Shown piece after piece: positions 10,093-20,098 of a stretch of 56,337 nucleotides of DNA. The stretch comes from Nanobdellota archaeon. Its GTDB lineage: Archaea > Nanobdellota > Nanobdellia > SCGC-AAA011-G17 > PNOQ01. The stretch covers positions 1-56,337 of the forward strand of contig JAHJUI010000001.1 in the NCBI GenBank assembly GCA_018829185.1, given 5' to 3'. The notes below the pieces were generated by a model that worked only from the letters and a program-made list of their open reading frames with translations, ran no database searches and had not been told where the DNA came from. A program made the translations under genes and the position numbers. Positions within the stretch are counted from its first letter, which is position 1. Each line of letters starts with the position of its first letter.

Positions 10093-10490
10093 TTCTTTTT
10101 CATTACTCCCTGCTTAATTTTTTTAGCTTTAATAATTTCAAAATTTTCTCCAATAAACTTTCTAACACTTTTACTTATTTCTTTATCAACACACATTATT
10201 AAAAAAACCCTATTTTTTCCAAACACAATATCAATATCAAAATTTTTGTCCGAGAAATTATATCTTCTATCAACAAATTCAGAAAGTTTTCTTTTTATTC
10301 TTTTGTCTCTTTGGAACTTTTCATCATATTCTTCATATTCAACAAAATATTCTCCAGCATTACACCCTTCTACATAATCTAAAAGAGAAATTAATTTAAC
10401 CAACCTTAACAATATTGATTTTTCTTTCTTAAACTCAAAATGGCTATATTTTCCATTATTTCCAATTCCATAAATTATACCTTTTTTCAT
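10089..10490 (-). CDS. Hypothetical protein
   Basis: 133-aa ORF overlapping the ABCE1 start (ATGA coupling). Confidence 0.6.
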   Translation of the reverse strand: MKKGIIYGIGNNGKYSHFEFKKEKSILLRLVKLISLLDYVEGCNAGEYFVEYEEYDEKFQRDKRIKRKLSEFVDRRYNFSDKNFDIDIVFGKNRVFLIMCVDKEISKSVRKFIGENFEIIKAKKIKQGVMKKK

Positions 10491-10529
10491 AAAAAATAAA
10501 AGAAATTAGTTATTTAATAAGATTATGGT

Positions 10530-10880
10530 TCATATTTCACTTCTAGATATTTCAGGTATAGCTACAATTGCTCTTTCTTCCATTTCCCTTTTATTTGGAA
10601 TAGCTGAAAATAATTCAAAACCAACAAAGATAGTTCCATCTTGATATTTCTTACTAATTATTTTGGCTTTTTTAGCATATTTCATCATTTCTTTTGTTAT
10701 ATTAAAAACCTTAAGATTTTCACTTGCATTCAAAACTTCAATGCCAATAAAATCATTTCTATAAGAAATATCAACAACAAAACCCCCAATCATTATGTTT
10801 CCTTTTACTTTGCCATTTTTGTAAATAAACAAAATATCGTCTTTTTCATTATAACTTATTTTTGTAATTTTTCCTTCCAT
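10530..10880 (-). CDS. DUF2283-like protein (putative antitoxin)
   Basis: ISYNEKDDILFI...VVDI...FIGIEVLNAS pattern. Confidence 0.75.
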   Translation of the reverse strand: MEGKITKISYNEKDDILFIYKNGKVKGNIMIGGFVVDISYRNDFIGIEVLNASENLKVFNITKEMMKYAKKAKIISKKYQDGTIFVGFELFSAIPNKREMEERAIVAIPEISRSEI

Positions 10881-11221
10881 CTTTCAATCTCCTTGTCCCA
10901 ACTTCTCCACCTTTTAATAATAGTCAAGACATATAAACTTTTTGGTTTAAAAATCACTGGCAGAACAATAGTTTTATCAGAATCTTTTGATTCAAAATAA
11001 AGAACATATTTTTCTTCATTTCTAAACTTTTGCTTCTCTTTTGTAGCAAATTTTAAATTTTCTGGATTTAACAAATTTGTTTCTACTTCATTAAATGAAA
11101 CACCCCGCCTAACTGAATTTAACGTACAATGGTTATCTTTTTCATTATATTCTATCTGAGATTTATTATATTTCTTTAATTTATTTTTAATTATCTCTAA
11201 ATCATTGCCATCTACTAACAT
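10856..11221 (-). CDS. DUF4258/RelE-like protein (putative toxin)
   Basis: H...RRGVSFNEVETNLLNP...LYVLTII; overlaps the DUF2283-like gene. Confidence 0.55.
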   Translation of the reverse strand: MLVDGNDLEIIKNKLKKYNKSQIEYNEKDNHCTLNSVRRGVSFNEVETNLLNPENLKFATKEKQKFRNEEKYVLYFESKDSDKTIVLPVIFKPKSLYVLTIIKRWRSWDKEIERWKEKLQK

Positions 11222-11287
11222 GAAAGTGTAAAAACTTATTACTTTATAAATTTTATTGGTGTACTTGTCACAGTGGCAGAAATCTTT

Positions 11288-11539
11288 CTAAGCTCTGCGA
11301 TAAGCTTCTCTACCCCTTTCAAAGAAAGTTCTTTCTTCAGTTCCTTCTTCTGGTTGAGGAATCCTTTCTAATTTCATAGCCAAAGCAGAAACAATACTTC
11401 TCGAGTGTGGAAAGGAAATTCCTCCATCAAAATCAAGCCTTACTCTTTCAGAATCCATAGCATCAAGAATGCTTTCAGTTGTGTAACCATTTTCATAAAC
11501 AGCCCTAAACTCTTTTGGAATGTCGTTAGGTATATCCAT
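11288..11539 (-). CDS. Hypothetical protein
   Basis: 83-aa ORF downstream of the NUDIX gene. Confidence 0.55.
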   Translation of the reverse strand: MDIPNDIPKEFRAVYENGYTTESILDAMDSERVRLDFDGGISFPHSRSIVSALAMKLERIPQPEEGTEERTFFERGREAYRRA

Positions 11540-11563
11540 TTCAAAAAAGAGAGTAAATAAAAC

Positions 11564-11950
11564 TTAATAAATCTTTCTTTCTTCTTTAAGCTTTTCAATA
11601 ACTTTTCTATATTCAAAACCAAGATCTAATTTAATTGCTTCTTCATATGAAAACCAACCAGAATCAGATATTTCTTTTTCATCTAACTTAATATTACCTT
11701 TAAAATCACCTAAAAATGTATATATAGGAATTTTAAAATAAGACATTGTAAAAAATAATTCTTTTTCTTTAAAATCAAGATTTACTTCTTCTTTAACTTC
11801 CCTTCTTAATGTTTGTTCTTTACTTTCTCCAAATTCATTAGTACCACCTGGACAAACCCAAGTATTAGGACAAAGAACTTCAGAGCTTACTCTTTTAACT
11901 AAAAATATTTTCTTATCTTTTAATATTATGCCTGCGCTTACAAAAACCAT
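11564..11950 (-). CDS. NUDIX hydrolase
   Basis: PGGTNEFGESKEQTLRREVKEEVNL Nudix box; start reassigned to ATG 11950 (MVFVSAGII). Confidence 0.88.
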   Translation of the reverse strand: MVFVSAGIILKDKKIFLVKRVSSEVLCPNTWVCPGGTNEFGESKEQTLRREVKEEVNLDFKEKELFFTMSYFKIPIYTFLGDFKGNIKLDEKEISDSGWFSYEEAIKLDLGFEYRKVIEKLKEERKIY

Positions 11951-12021
11951 AAACTTTAGAAAAATAACTGTTTTATAAGCTTTTTCAAAAAGTTTAAATA
12001 TAACTTGTGATTCCCATCCGC

Positions 12022-12527
12022 ATGGCATACACAATAGAGCATTGCAGCAGTGAAGATTTACTTGATGAAGTTTACGAAAATATTGTACACATTGCAGAAA
12101 GTGGAGGAAGGTTGGATATCGACACATTCGCAGATCCATACAAATTTGAAGAAGGAGAGCGAAAGATTGCATGGTCCTTTGCTGAAGAAAATTATGGTGC
12201 CTTAACAAATGCCAATCAAATAGCTAAGAGAGAACTTCACCCGAAATATTTAACAGCAGGAAAAAGAAGGGCTGCAGGAATTGGTTGTTTAATCGGCGCA
12301 GCATTAGGATATGCCGCAGGTAGATTGCTTGGTGGAAATGGTGCAGTACTCGGCGGGTTTGGAGCCTTGTTTGGGGTGTGGCAATCGCCCCAGCAATAGA
12401 AGTCCAAACCGAGAACATTACAAGTAGGATAATAAGAAAAAAAGGCCTTGAAGAATTCTTTGAAGGAATGTTTGATTTTGAAGCAAGCAGGAAAAATGCA
12501 CTTGCAAAACTAAAAACTCCAGAATAA
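12022..12527 (+). pseudogene. Glycine-zipper membrane protein with apparent 1-nt frameshift at G4 (12373-12376)
   Basis: One extra G joins ...GFGALFG to GVAIAPAIEVQ...KLKTPE* (TAA 12525-12527), followed by a T-rich terminator. Confidence 0.65.
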
Positions 12528-12696
12528 TTTCTTTATTTTTCAAATAAAAAACATTAATCTATATTCTGCAGTATATATTTGTCACAGTTTGATAGTTAAA
12601 CAATATAGTTACTGTATTACAATTATGTTTATAAATCTTTTACGTCTTGCTTTTTACATACTTAATAGTTAAAACACTTTAGGGGGGTGTTATCAA

Positions 12697-15600
12697 ATGA
12701 ATAAACAAGGTAAAAGAAATATAACTATTTCTATTTTTGTTATAATGATTGCAGCATTGTTTGTAATAGGAACAGATGCTAGTGGTTTAGTATTAGGAGA
12801 GAGAGGAGATGGAATCATTCCTGATGGAGGAGATTTTTGCCCACCAGGAGATTGTTGTACAGCCAGTGGCGGATTGGGATGTAATGATCCTGAATGCACA
12901 GATATAGTTTGCGCTATAGATTCTTGGTGCTGTGATGTTGCATGGGATGATATATGTGCTGATGAGGCAATACAATATTGTGCAATATGTGGAGGATCTT
13001 TTTGTGGAGATGGAATAATAAACGGAGACGAAGAATGCGATGGAGATGATTTCGGCGGACTAGATTGTTCCGATGTTGGAGAATATATTTATGGTGATTT
13101 AATCTGTAATGAATTCTGCGAATTTGACACATCAGAATGTGATTATGATGATAATAACCCAAGTGTAAGGATTATACAACCAAATCAACCAACTTATTAT
13201 CAAGGAGAAGTTTATGTACTTTCTGAAGTTACAGATGTACACCCTGGTTCTGGAATAAAAAATGTTACAGTTCAGTTTGCAGAAGATGGTAATTGGTGGA
13301 CAGAATTTTTCGGAATGGATAATAATCCACTTAGTTCTCCTTATTGGGAATATTATTGGCCCTCCTTAGATGATACATGTACACAATATGCAACTGCTTA
13401 TGTTTTAGCTGAAGATTATGCTGGAAACACAGATAATGATGTTGCAACCTTTGGAATAGACAACCAAGACCCTGTAACTACAAAACATGTTTCAGAACCA
13501 AATGAACCTTTTGGGGATGGAAATTATTATGTAACACCAGATACTGAATTTTCATTTACAGCACAAGATATTTGGGAAGATTGTGGTTCGGGTGTTGATG
13601 AAACATATTATAGTGTTAATGAAGGAGATTTCCAAGTATATACAGGACCATTTTCATTACAACCTGGTTGCGGTCAAACTATAGAATATTATAGTGTAGA
13701 TAATGTGGGTAATGTAGAAGACACACATTTAGAAGTAGACCATGTAGATGACTTACCACCAATAACTAATAAAACTTTTGATGGTCCAACATATGGTGAA
13801 AATGACTACTACCTAACTAAAGGTACATTAGTAATCTTATCTGCTGAAGATCAAAGCCCAGATGGAAATAGTTGTCCGGTGGGAGTAGATTATATTTACT
13901 ACGAAATTTGGTGGGATAGTGATGAAGATGGAATAGTTGATACAATGGTTGATAAACAATATGTTTATGATGACCATGTTGAATTTCATTTCCAAGAAGA
14001 TTGCATACATGAAATAAGATGGTATGCTGTAGATTTGCTTGGGAATGTTGAAACAATGCACTATCAAGAACACAAGGTTGATACTGAAGGTCCGATATTA
14101 ACTAAAGAATTGATTGGAACACAAATTCCAGATGAAGGATTTACTTGGATAACCCAAGACACTGAAATTCACCTTGAAGCAGTTGACCCAGGTTATTGTG
14201 CAGTTGACGATGTTACAATTTATTGTATGTACACTGTAGACGATGGAGATCCAATTGAATTTGTTTACGATATACCATTTACATTTGGTGAAGATTCTGT
14301 ACATTATTTAGAATGTTGGGCAGAAGATGCTTTAGGAAATGTTGGTAATGTCATAGAAGAAATAGACAAAGTAGACTCAACAGCACCAGTAACTACTAAA
14401 ACATTTGATGGAATTACTTTTGATAGTGATTATTGGTTAAGACAAGATACATGGATTTGTTTAGATGCAGAAGATGGTGGAGATATTTGCCATATCGGAG
14501 TATATGAAACATATTATAGATATAGAGTTGATGAAACAACATGGACAGATTGGATTATTTATGACGATTGCTTCCAATTTGATGAAGATTCTATGCATGA
14601 AATAGAATTTTATTCAGAAGATTTATTAGGAAATGAAGAAACCGTAACCTACCAAGTTCATGAAGTTGATACAGTGCCACCAACAATTGTAAAATGGGTA
14701 AATGATGAAGGATATCATCAAAGTGGAGAAGATATAACTGTTTGTGCAAACATAACAGATCTAAAAGGAACTTTAGACCCAGAAGTATTTGAACCTGGTG
14801 TCGGAGTTAATCCAGAAACAGTTATGGCTTACTTTGAAGGAGAAAATCCATTAGACCCAATTGAATTAGAAAGGATTGGACTAACAGATACTTATTGTGC
14901 GACTTTCCAACTATACGAATGCGGAGAATGGGAAGTATTTGTAGAAGCTGAAGATTGGCTAGAAAATTATGCATATGAAAATGGTGCTACTATTGTAATA
15001 GATGATGTACCGCCATTTCCAGAAGTATTAATACCTCACGCAGGTGATTGGTACCATGATGGAGAAGTTTTCTCTGTTTATGCACCAGTGTTTGATTTTG
15101 GTGGGGATGAACTATTCTGTCCACCATGGGATTGCCCAGATTGCCCTGCAAGTGGGGTAGATTATTGTACTTTCTATGCAATTGACTACGACTTTGAAGG
15201 AATTGATCCAGAGGACATACAAAATATTTGGGATTTAATAGAAGAACTAATAGATATGGGTTACCAAGTACCAGTTCAAGAATTAGGAACTGTTCCTGCC
15301 GTAGATAATATTTGTTCTGGTTATTTACAAATTCCATACGAAAGCGGGCTGACAGATGCTGTATTCCTTGCAGTTGATGCAGTTGATAATGCAGGAAATA
15401 TGTACTCATGGCTAGCATTAAATCCATGGTTAAGCCCAATAACAATGAACATAGACAATGAAGGACCACAAGTAATTATAACAGATATAGATGGTTTGTC
15501 TCAACCAGTAACAAGTGAAGATTTTATAACAGTAAAAGCAGACATAGAAGAATTTGAATCTCAACCAGATGATTGTATGGGAGAAATTTACAAATATGTT

Positions 15601-16332
15601 GAAATGGAAGACAGAGGTTATGAACTAGTTGATACTGGAATGGTTCTTGACGGAAATGTTATTGGTTATGAGTGTACAATAGCTGATGAGATTCCAACAT
15701 ATGTAGACTCAGAACTTGTAGAAAGTGGAGAATACCAACTTAGGGTTGTTGTTTGGGATAATGAACAAAACACAGGTTATGGCACAACTGGTTTTATTAT
15801 AGACAACGATAGACCATACATGGGAGTAATCAGCCCAGAATATGAAGGGGTTTACGAAGATATGATTGTGCCTATTGCATTGTATCTAGATGACGAACAT
15901 ATAGGAATCGATGATGAGACTGTGTTAGCAAGAATACATGAAATTGGTTGGTTTGGAATGGACTTTTGTTTCGGCGGTTGTGAAGAAACAGGATGGATTC
16001 CCCTAAACAACTTGGGAGACGGAATCTATGGTATAGAACTAGACTTAACTGATTACGGAATGACTGGAGACGTAGAATACAACTTTGACGCAATTGCATG
16101 TGACTATTTGTACATTCCAAGTAACGATCCATCAGACCCATTAGGAATTGATATGGAGATGGATAGAAACAACATACACTGCAGGCAAATAAGAAGACAT
16201 CACGCAGAAGAAGAAGAACCAATCTGTGGAGACGGAATAGTCAACGGTGGAGAAGAATGTGAAGACAGTGGAGACTGCAATGTTGAAGGATATTGCATGG
16301 AAGACTGTACATGCTATTATGGACCAGTGTAG
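12697..16332 (+). CDS. Large acidic secreted surface protein with Cys-rich ends and repeated Ig-like (OmpL47-like) domains
   Basis: Signal peptide; CGDGIxNGxEEC at both ends; repeated Y(S/A)xDxxGNxE units; very D/E-rich; 1211 aa. Confidence 0.85.
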   Translation: MNKQGKRNITISIFVIMIAALFVIGTDASGLVLGERGDGIIPDGGDFCPPGDCCTASGGLGCNDPECTDIVCAIDSWCCDVAWDDICADEAIQYCAICGGSFCGDGIINGDEECDGDDFGGLDCSDVGEYIYGDLICNEFCEFDTSECDYDDNNPSVRIIQPNQPTYYQGEVYVLSEVTDVHPGSGIKNVTVQFAEDGNWWTEFFGMDNNPLSSPYWEYYWPSLDDTCTQYATAYVLAEDYAGNTDNDVATFGIDNQDPVTTKHVSEPNEPFGDGNYYVTPDTEFSFTAQDIWEDCGSGVDETYYSVNEGDFQVYTGPFSLQPGCGQTIEYYSVDNVGNVEDTHLEVDHVDDLPPITNKTFDGPTYGENDYYLTKGTLVILSAEDQSPDGNSCPVGVDYIYYEIWWDSDEDGIVDTMVDKQYVYDDHVEFHFQEDCIHEIRWYAVDLLGNVETMHYQEHKVDTEGPILTKELIGTQIPDEGFTWITQDTEIHLEAVDPGYCAVDDVTIYCMYTVDDGDPIEFVYDIPFTFGEDSVHYLECWAEDALGNVGNVIEEIDKVDSTAPVTTKTFDGITFDSDYWLRQDTWICLDAEDGGDICHIGVYETYYRYRVDETTWTDWIIYDDCFQFDEDSMHEIEFYSEDLLGNEETVTYQVHEVDTVPPTIVKWVNDEGYHQSGEDITVCANITDLKGTLDPEVFEPGVGVNPETVMAYFEGENPLDPIELERIGLTDTYCATFQLYECGEWEVFVEAEDWLENYAYENGATIVIDDVPPFPEVLIPHAGDWYHDGEVFSVYAPVFDFGGDELFCPPWDCPDCPASGVDYCTFYAIDYDFEGIDPEDIQNIWDLIEELIDMGYQVPVQELGTVPAVDNICSGYLQIPYESGLTDAVFLAVDAVDNAGNMYSWLALNPWLSPITMNIDNEGPQVIITDIDGLSQPVTSEDFITVKADIEEFESQPDDCMGEIYKYVEMEDRGYELVDTGMVLDGNVIGYECTIADEIPTYVDSELVESGEYQLRVVVWDNEQNTGYGTTGFIIDNDRPYMGVISPEYEGVYEDMIVPIALYLDDEHIGIDDETVLARIHEIGWFGMDFCFGGCEETGWIPLNNLGDGIYGIELDLTDYGMTGDVEYNFDAIACDYLYIPSNDPSDPLGIDMEMDRNNIHCRQIRRHHAEEEEPICGDGIVNGGEECEDSGDCNVEGYCMEDCTCYYGPV

Positions 16333-16347
16333 GAGAAACAATAAAAA

Positions 16348-16800
16348 ATGAAAAAAATAATATTGTTCATGGTGTTGTTCATGCTTTTTATTAGCATGGC
16401 ATCTGCCGGACGATGGCCATTAATAGGAGGTTCAGGCCCAGGAAGTTCTGGAGACAATAACAATAATAACCAAGACACAGGTGGAGGAAATCCGGGCGGA
16501 AATCCAGGTGGTTCAACTCCAACTGCAACAACAGTCACTGAAATAGAAGAAGAAACAGAAACAACAGAAAACACAGAAGACGAAAACACAGAAACCTTTG
16601 CAGATAACAATGAAGGAACAACAGAATCACAAGGTAATTGGTTTACAAACCTAATTACAGGTGCAGCTATTGGTGGTGGTGAAAACGCAGCATGGACAAT
16701 AGGAATATTAGCTCTGATAATCATAGCAGCGTTTTTAATATACACAGTATTCTTCAAGAAGAAAAAACCTGTAGCAAAACCATTTGAAACAAAAAAATAA
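16348..16800 (+). CDS. Secreted low-complexity protein with C-terminal TM anchor
   Basis: Signal peptide, G/N/T/E linker, ITGAAIG motif, TM, KKKK tail. Confidence 0.8.
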   Translation: MKKIILFMVLFMLFISMASAGRWPLIGGSGPGSSGDNNNNNQDTGGGNPGGNPGGSTPTATTVTEIEEETETTENTEDENTETFADNNEGTTESQGNWFTNLITGAAIGGGENAAWTIGILALIIIAAFLIYTVFFKKKKPVAKPFETKK

Positions 16801-16831
16801 TTTTTTTTCTTTTTATTAAAATAACAAAAAA

Positions 16832-17428
16832 ATGAAAAAAATATACTTAATATTCATAATAACTGTACTTCTTACAAATTTAATAGCAGCAAGCGAATGT
16901 TGTCCAGATTGTGAAACAAGTGTTAAAGTAACTGCAAAAATGCAAGAATTAGAAGTTTCGCATGATCACTCAGTATTATTAATCTATGGAAGAATAAAAA
17001 ACAAAGAATGTGCAGTAGCAGAAAATGTTTTCTTAAAATTAAATTATAAACCAAATGATTATGAAATGGGTCCAGAAATAACAGTTTTTCCTTTTGAAAT
17101 CCTTCCAATGGGTTATTTAATGCCATATGGATCAAGACCTTACTTTTTCATAGTTGAATTGGATCATTATTTCCCTTACGGTCCAGTAGAGCCTGGAGAT
17201 TCAATGGAAACTAAATTCTATGTATCAGCACACGGATCAAACTTCAATAAAGTAAAATCAAAAGTTATGAGTTTCATCCCAAAAGAAGAAGATACCCCCA
17301 TTGAAATAGAAGAAGAAATAATAGAAAAAGAACCTATTGAAGAAGAAACTAAAGAACCAATAAAAGAAACACCAATAAGCAAAACAATCGAAAAAGTAGA
17401 CTTAAACAAAGTAAAATTATTTAATTAA
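16832..17428 (+). CDS. Secreted hypothetical protein
   Basis: Signal peptide, beta-rich core, acidic PIEEE tail. Confidence 0.7.
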   Translation: MKKIYLIFIITVLLTNLIAASECCPDCETSVKVTAKMQELEVSHDHSVLLIYGRIKNKECAVAENVFLKLNYKPNDYEMGPEITVFPFEILPMGYLMPYGSRPYFFIVELDHYFPYGPVEPGDSMETKFYVSAHGSNFNKVKSKVMSFIPKEEDTPIEIEEEIIEKEPIEEETKEPIKETPISKTIEKVDLNKVKLFN

Positions 17429-17479
17429 TTTTTTTCTCTTTTTAAAATAAATTATGAAACAGAAACCTTTAAATATCCA

Positions 17480-17516
17480 TAACATCTAAATCTTAAATAT
17501 TAAGATTCACGTGTTA
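17480..17516. promoter_or_regulatory. Inverted-repeat operator upstream of the AbiE pair
   Basis: TAACA-N4-AATCTTAA-ATA-TTAAGATT-N4-TGTTA just downstream of the BRE/TATA-like GAAACCTTTAAATA. Confidence 0.6.
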
Positions 17517-17524
17517 AGGGAAAA

Positions 17525-18046
17525 ATGGCAAAAAATATTGAAATTAAAGGACTTTCTGAAAAAGAGATCAAAATAATCTCGGACTTTGAATTTAGAAAAA
17601 AATATTACTTCACCCGAGAAGATATTGCCAAACATTTTAAAAACAAAAAAGAGATGATAAATACTTTGTATAATTTAACCAAAAAGAAAAGAATAGTAAG
17701 GCTTAACAAAAATAAATACTTTTTAATTCCAATAAGGGCAAGGATTGGAAAATGGACAGATGACCCGTTTATAGTTGTAAATGAAGTCCTTAATGGAAAA
17801 GATTATTTTATTGGGGGGTGGGCAGCAGCAAATTACTGGAAATTAACAGATCAAATTCCCTTTAAGTATGATATTTACACAACAAGGAGACAGGGAAATT
17901 ATAAAATATTGGGAATTAATTTTATTTTTCATAGGACTACAAAAACAAATATAGAAAAAAGAAGTGTAATAAAAAAGGCAAATGGTGATCAATTTAGAGT
18001 ATTGGCTAAAAAGGAAACTAAAGAATGGATGAAATCAGAAAAATAA
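17525..18046 (+). CDS. abiEi: Type IV TA antitoxin, AbiEi-like
   Basis: N-terminal wHTH, YFIGGWAAANYWKLTDQIP motif. Confidence 0.8.
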   Translation: MAKNIEIKGLSEKEIKIISDFEFRKKYYFTREDIAKHFKNKKEMINTLYNLTKKKRIVRLNKNKYFLIPIRARIGKWTDDPFIVVNEVLNGKDYFIGGWAAANYWKLTDQIPFKYDIYTTRRQGNYKILGINFIFHRTTKTNIEKRSVIKKANGDQFRVLAKKETKEWMKSEK

Positions 18047-18801
18047 GTATGGATGATTTAAAGGAAATCATTGCAAAGAAAGGTTTTACTTTGCCCTGGT
18101 TAATAAAGGATTACTATCTTAGTCTGATTCTTTATTTAATAAAAGATTTGGAAGGGATTTATTTCAAGGGGGGAACCGCACTAAACAAAATATTTCTTAA
18201 ACATTCAAGACTTTCTGAGGATATTGATTTTAGTGTAACAAAAGATGTTAAAAAGTTAAAATTAGAAATTTCTAAAATAATAATAGATTCCAAATTTTTT
18301 GAAAAAATTACTTATGATAAATCTGTTGAGGGATTTTTAAGAATAGTTGTTCATTACAATTTGGAAGGTCAAAAAGGCAATATCTTTATTGATTTGAATG
18401 AAAGAGCAAAACTAAGCTTGAAACCAGAAAAACATAAATTAAATCATTTTTATTCTAGTCTCATTCCTGAATTTTATGTGAATACTGTTGCAGAAGAAGA
18501 GTTAATTGCTGAAAAAATTGCTGCTTGCATTGGAAGAAATAAACCAAGAGATCATTTTGATGTTTATAAGCTAATTAAGGCAGGCATTCCTATTAATTTC
18601 AAACTTGTAAAGAAAAAGTGCCATGATTCTGGAACTGAGTTTTCTATAATAAAGATGTTTAATAATGCCAATAAACTGAAAAATAGGTGGGATAAAGATA
18701 TGATTTCTTTATTGGCTGAACCAATTTCTTTTAAGGAGGTTATACAATTTTTATCAAAACATTTTAAGTTGAAAGAGGAAAAAAAGAAATTAAAAAAATG
18801 A
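18025..18801 (+). CDS. abiEii: Type IV TA toxin, AbiEii nucleotidyltransferase
   Basis: KDY, FKGGTAL, RLSEDIDF, AEKI, RxKPRDHFD motifs. Confidence 0.92.
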   Translation: MDEIRKISMDDLKEIIAKKGFTLPWLIKDYYLSLILYLIKDLEGIYFKGGTALNKIFLKHSRLSEDIDFSVTKDVKKLKLEISKIIIDSKFFEKITYDKSVEGFLRIVVHYNLEGQKGNIFIDLNERAKLSLKPEKHKLNHFYSSLIPEFYVNTVAEEELIAEKIAACIGRNKPRDHFDVYKLIKAGIPINFKLVKKKCHDSGTEFSIIKMFNNANKLKNRWDKDMISLLAEPISFKEVIQFLSKHFKLKEEKKKLKK

Positions 18802-18954
18802 AGTCAAAAGATATTTCTCAAACTATTGAAACTGTTAAAAACACTGGAGATTCAGGAGAATAAAAAGTTTAATTTCTTTTTTATTTCTTAAATAAACAAC
18901 CGATTTTCTGGAATCGAAAGATTTAAAAGATTTTCTTGATTCTCAATTTTTGCA

Positions 18955-19332
18955 ATGGTGGATAATAAACTTAAGAGATTTTTTACAACTGGGCAATATA
19001 CTTTTGATTATGCAGAAGGAAGTCTTTTTGGATATTTTAAAGGTCTTGCAAAATCTGCTGTTAGAGGGGTTTCTCTTGGTTTTTTAGCAGATACTTTGTT
19101 GAATAAATTAACAGATGGAGCGTGGGATAGTACATTTTTAACAGCAGCAGGGGGAATTGTTGATTTTGGGATGTTTGGCATCAGGTCTTTATATGTTTTT
19201 GGAATGAATAGTAGAAGTCCTGAAATTTATGAAGATTATAAATCTGTTTCATTAGAAGGAAATTTTAAGGAAATGAGAAAGTTGGCTGGCGAATATAATG
19301 AAGAAGAACGATTAAGAAGAGAAACAAACTGA
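18955..19332 (+). CDS. Hypothetical membrane-associated protein (cassette 1)
   Basis: 125-aa ORF between repeat copies. Confidence 0.65.
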   Translation: MVDNKLKRFFTTGQYTFDYAEGSLFGYFKGLAKSAVRGVSLGFLADTLLNKLTDGAWDSTFLTAAGGIVDFGMFGIRSLYVFGMNSRSPEIYEDYKSVSLEGNFKEMRKLAGEYNEEERLRRETN

Positions 19333-19446
19333 AAACCTTTTGAAATTTCTTTATTTCTTAAAAAATAAATAAACAGCCAATTTGCTGGAATCGAAAGCTT
19401 TAAAAGATTTTCTGGGTTCCGTGTTTTAAGGTGATAGGAGATTAAA

Positions 19447-19686
19447 ATGAAAAAAAGAATATTAGTAGAATTAGCAAATACACATGATATAGATGGACTT
19501 TTTTCAAAATTAATTGGAGAGCAAATAACTGTAAGAAAAATAACTGGTAGCACTAATTGGATAGAAGTTCTTGCTGTTCAAGGAACACAATATATAGTAC
19601 TTAATGACCCAACTGATGAAAGCAGAGCAGGAATACACCCTTATGGAACAGATCTTGTTTATTGGGTACATTGTTGTAAAGAGTAA
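19447..19686 (+). CDS. Hypothetical protein (cassette 2)
   Basis: 79-aa ORF with GGAG RBS between repeat copies. Confidence 0.65.
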   Translation: MKKRILVELANTHDIDGLFSKLIGEQITVRKITGSTNWIEVLAVQGTQYIVLNDPTDESRAGIHPYGTDLVYWVHCCKE

Positions 19687-19804
19687 TCATAATTTCTTTT
19701 TTATTTCTTAAAAAACATATAACACAACAACTACCGATTTGCTGGAATCGAAAGGTTTAAAAGATTTCATAGATTCCCACTTTTACTTTTAAGGGGGTAT
19801 TAAA

Positions 19805-20098
19805 ATGGCGGAAACTAAAAGATTATCACTAAGTGGTTTTTTTGGATTATTATCTGCGGGTGCTGGGGTAGGTGGATTAACAGCAATAATAGAGAATTTG
19901 GGAGAGAGAGCAGTTGTGATGAATGCTTATTTAGCAAACGTACAAGAAATAAATCATGAAACCATTCAGTCTTCATTAGAATTAGCAGGTAGTGTGGGTT
20001 ATACCGGTGCAGCCATAGGAATGGTAATCTGTGGTATTGCTGGAGTAGCTGCGGCTTACTCTAATTATGTGGCAAACAATGAAAATGTTTTCAAATAA
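19805..20098 (+). CDS. Hypothetical two-TM protein (cassette 3)
   Basis: 97-aa ORF, GGGGGT RBS, Gly/Ala-rich hydrophobic helices. Confidence 0.65.
   Translation: MAETKRLSLSGFFGLLSAGAGVGGLTAIIENLGERAVVMNAYLANVQEINHETIQSSLELAGSVGYTGAAIGMVICGIAGVAAAYSNYVANNENVFK

Noticed and set aside
11951-12208. N-terminal extension of the NUDIX ORF
   Set aside because: It overlaps the divergent gene and promoters; the Nudix fold starts at ATG 11950.
12693-16757. Numerous antisense ORFs here and opposite other long genes
   Set aside because: Shadows of well-supported genes, with no recognisable motifs.
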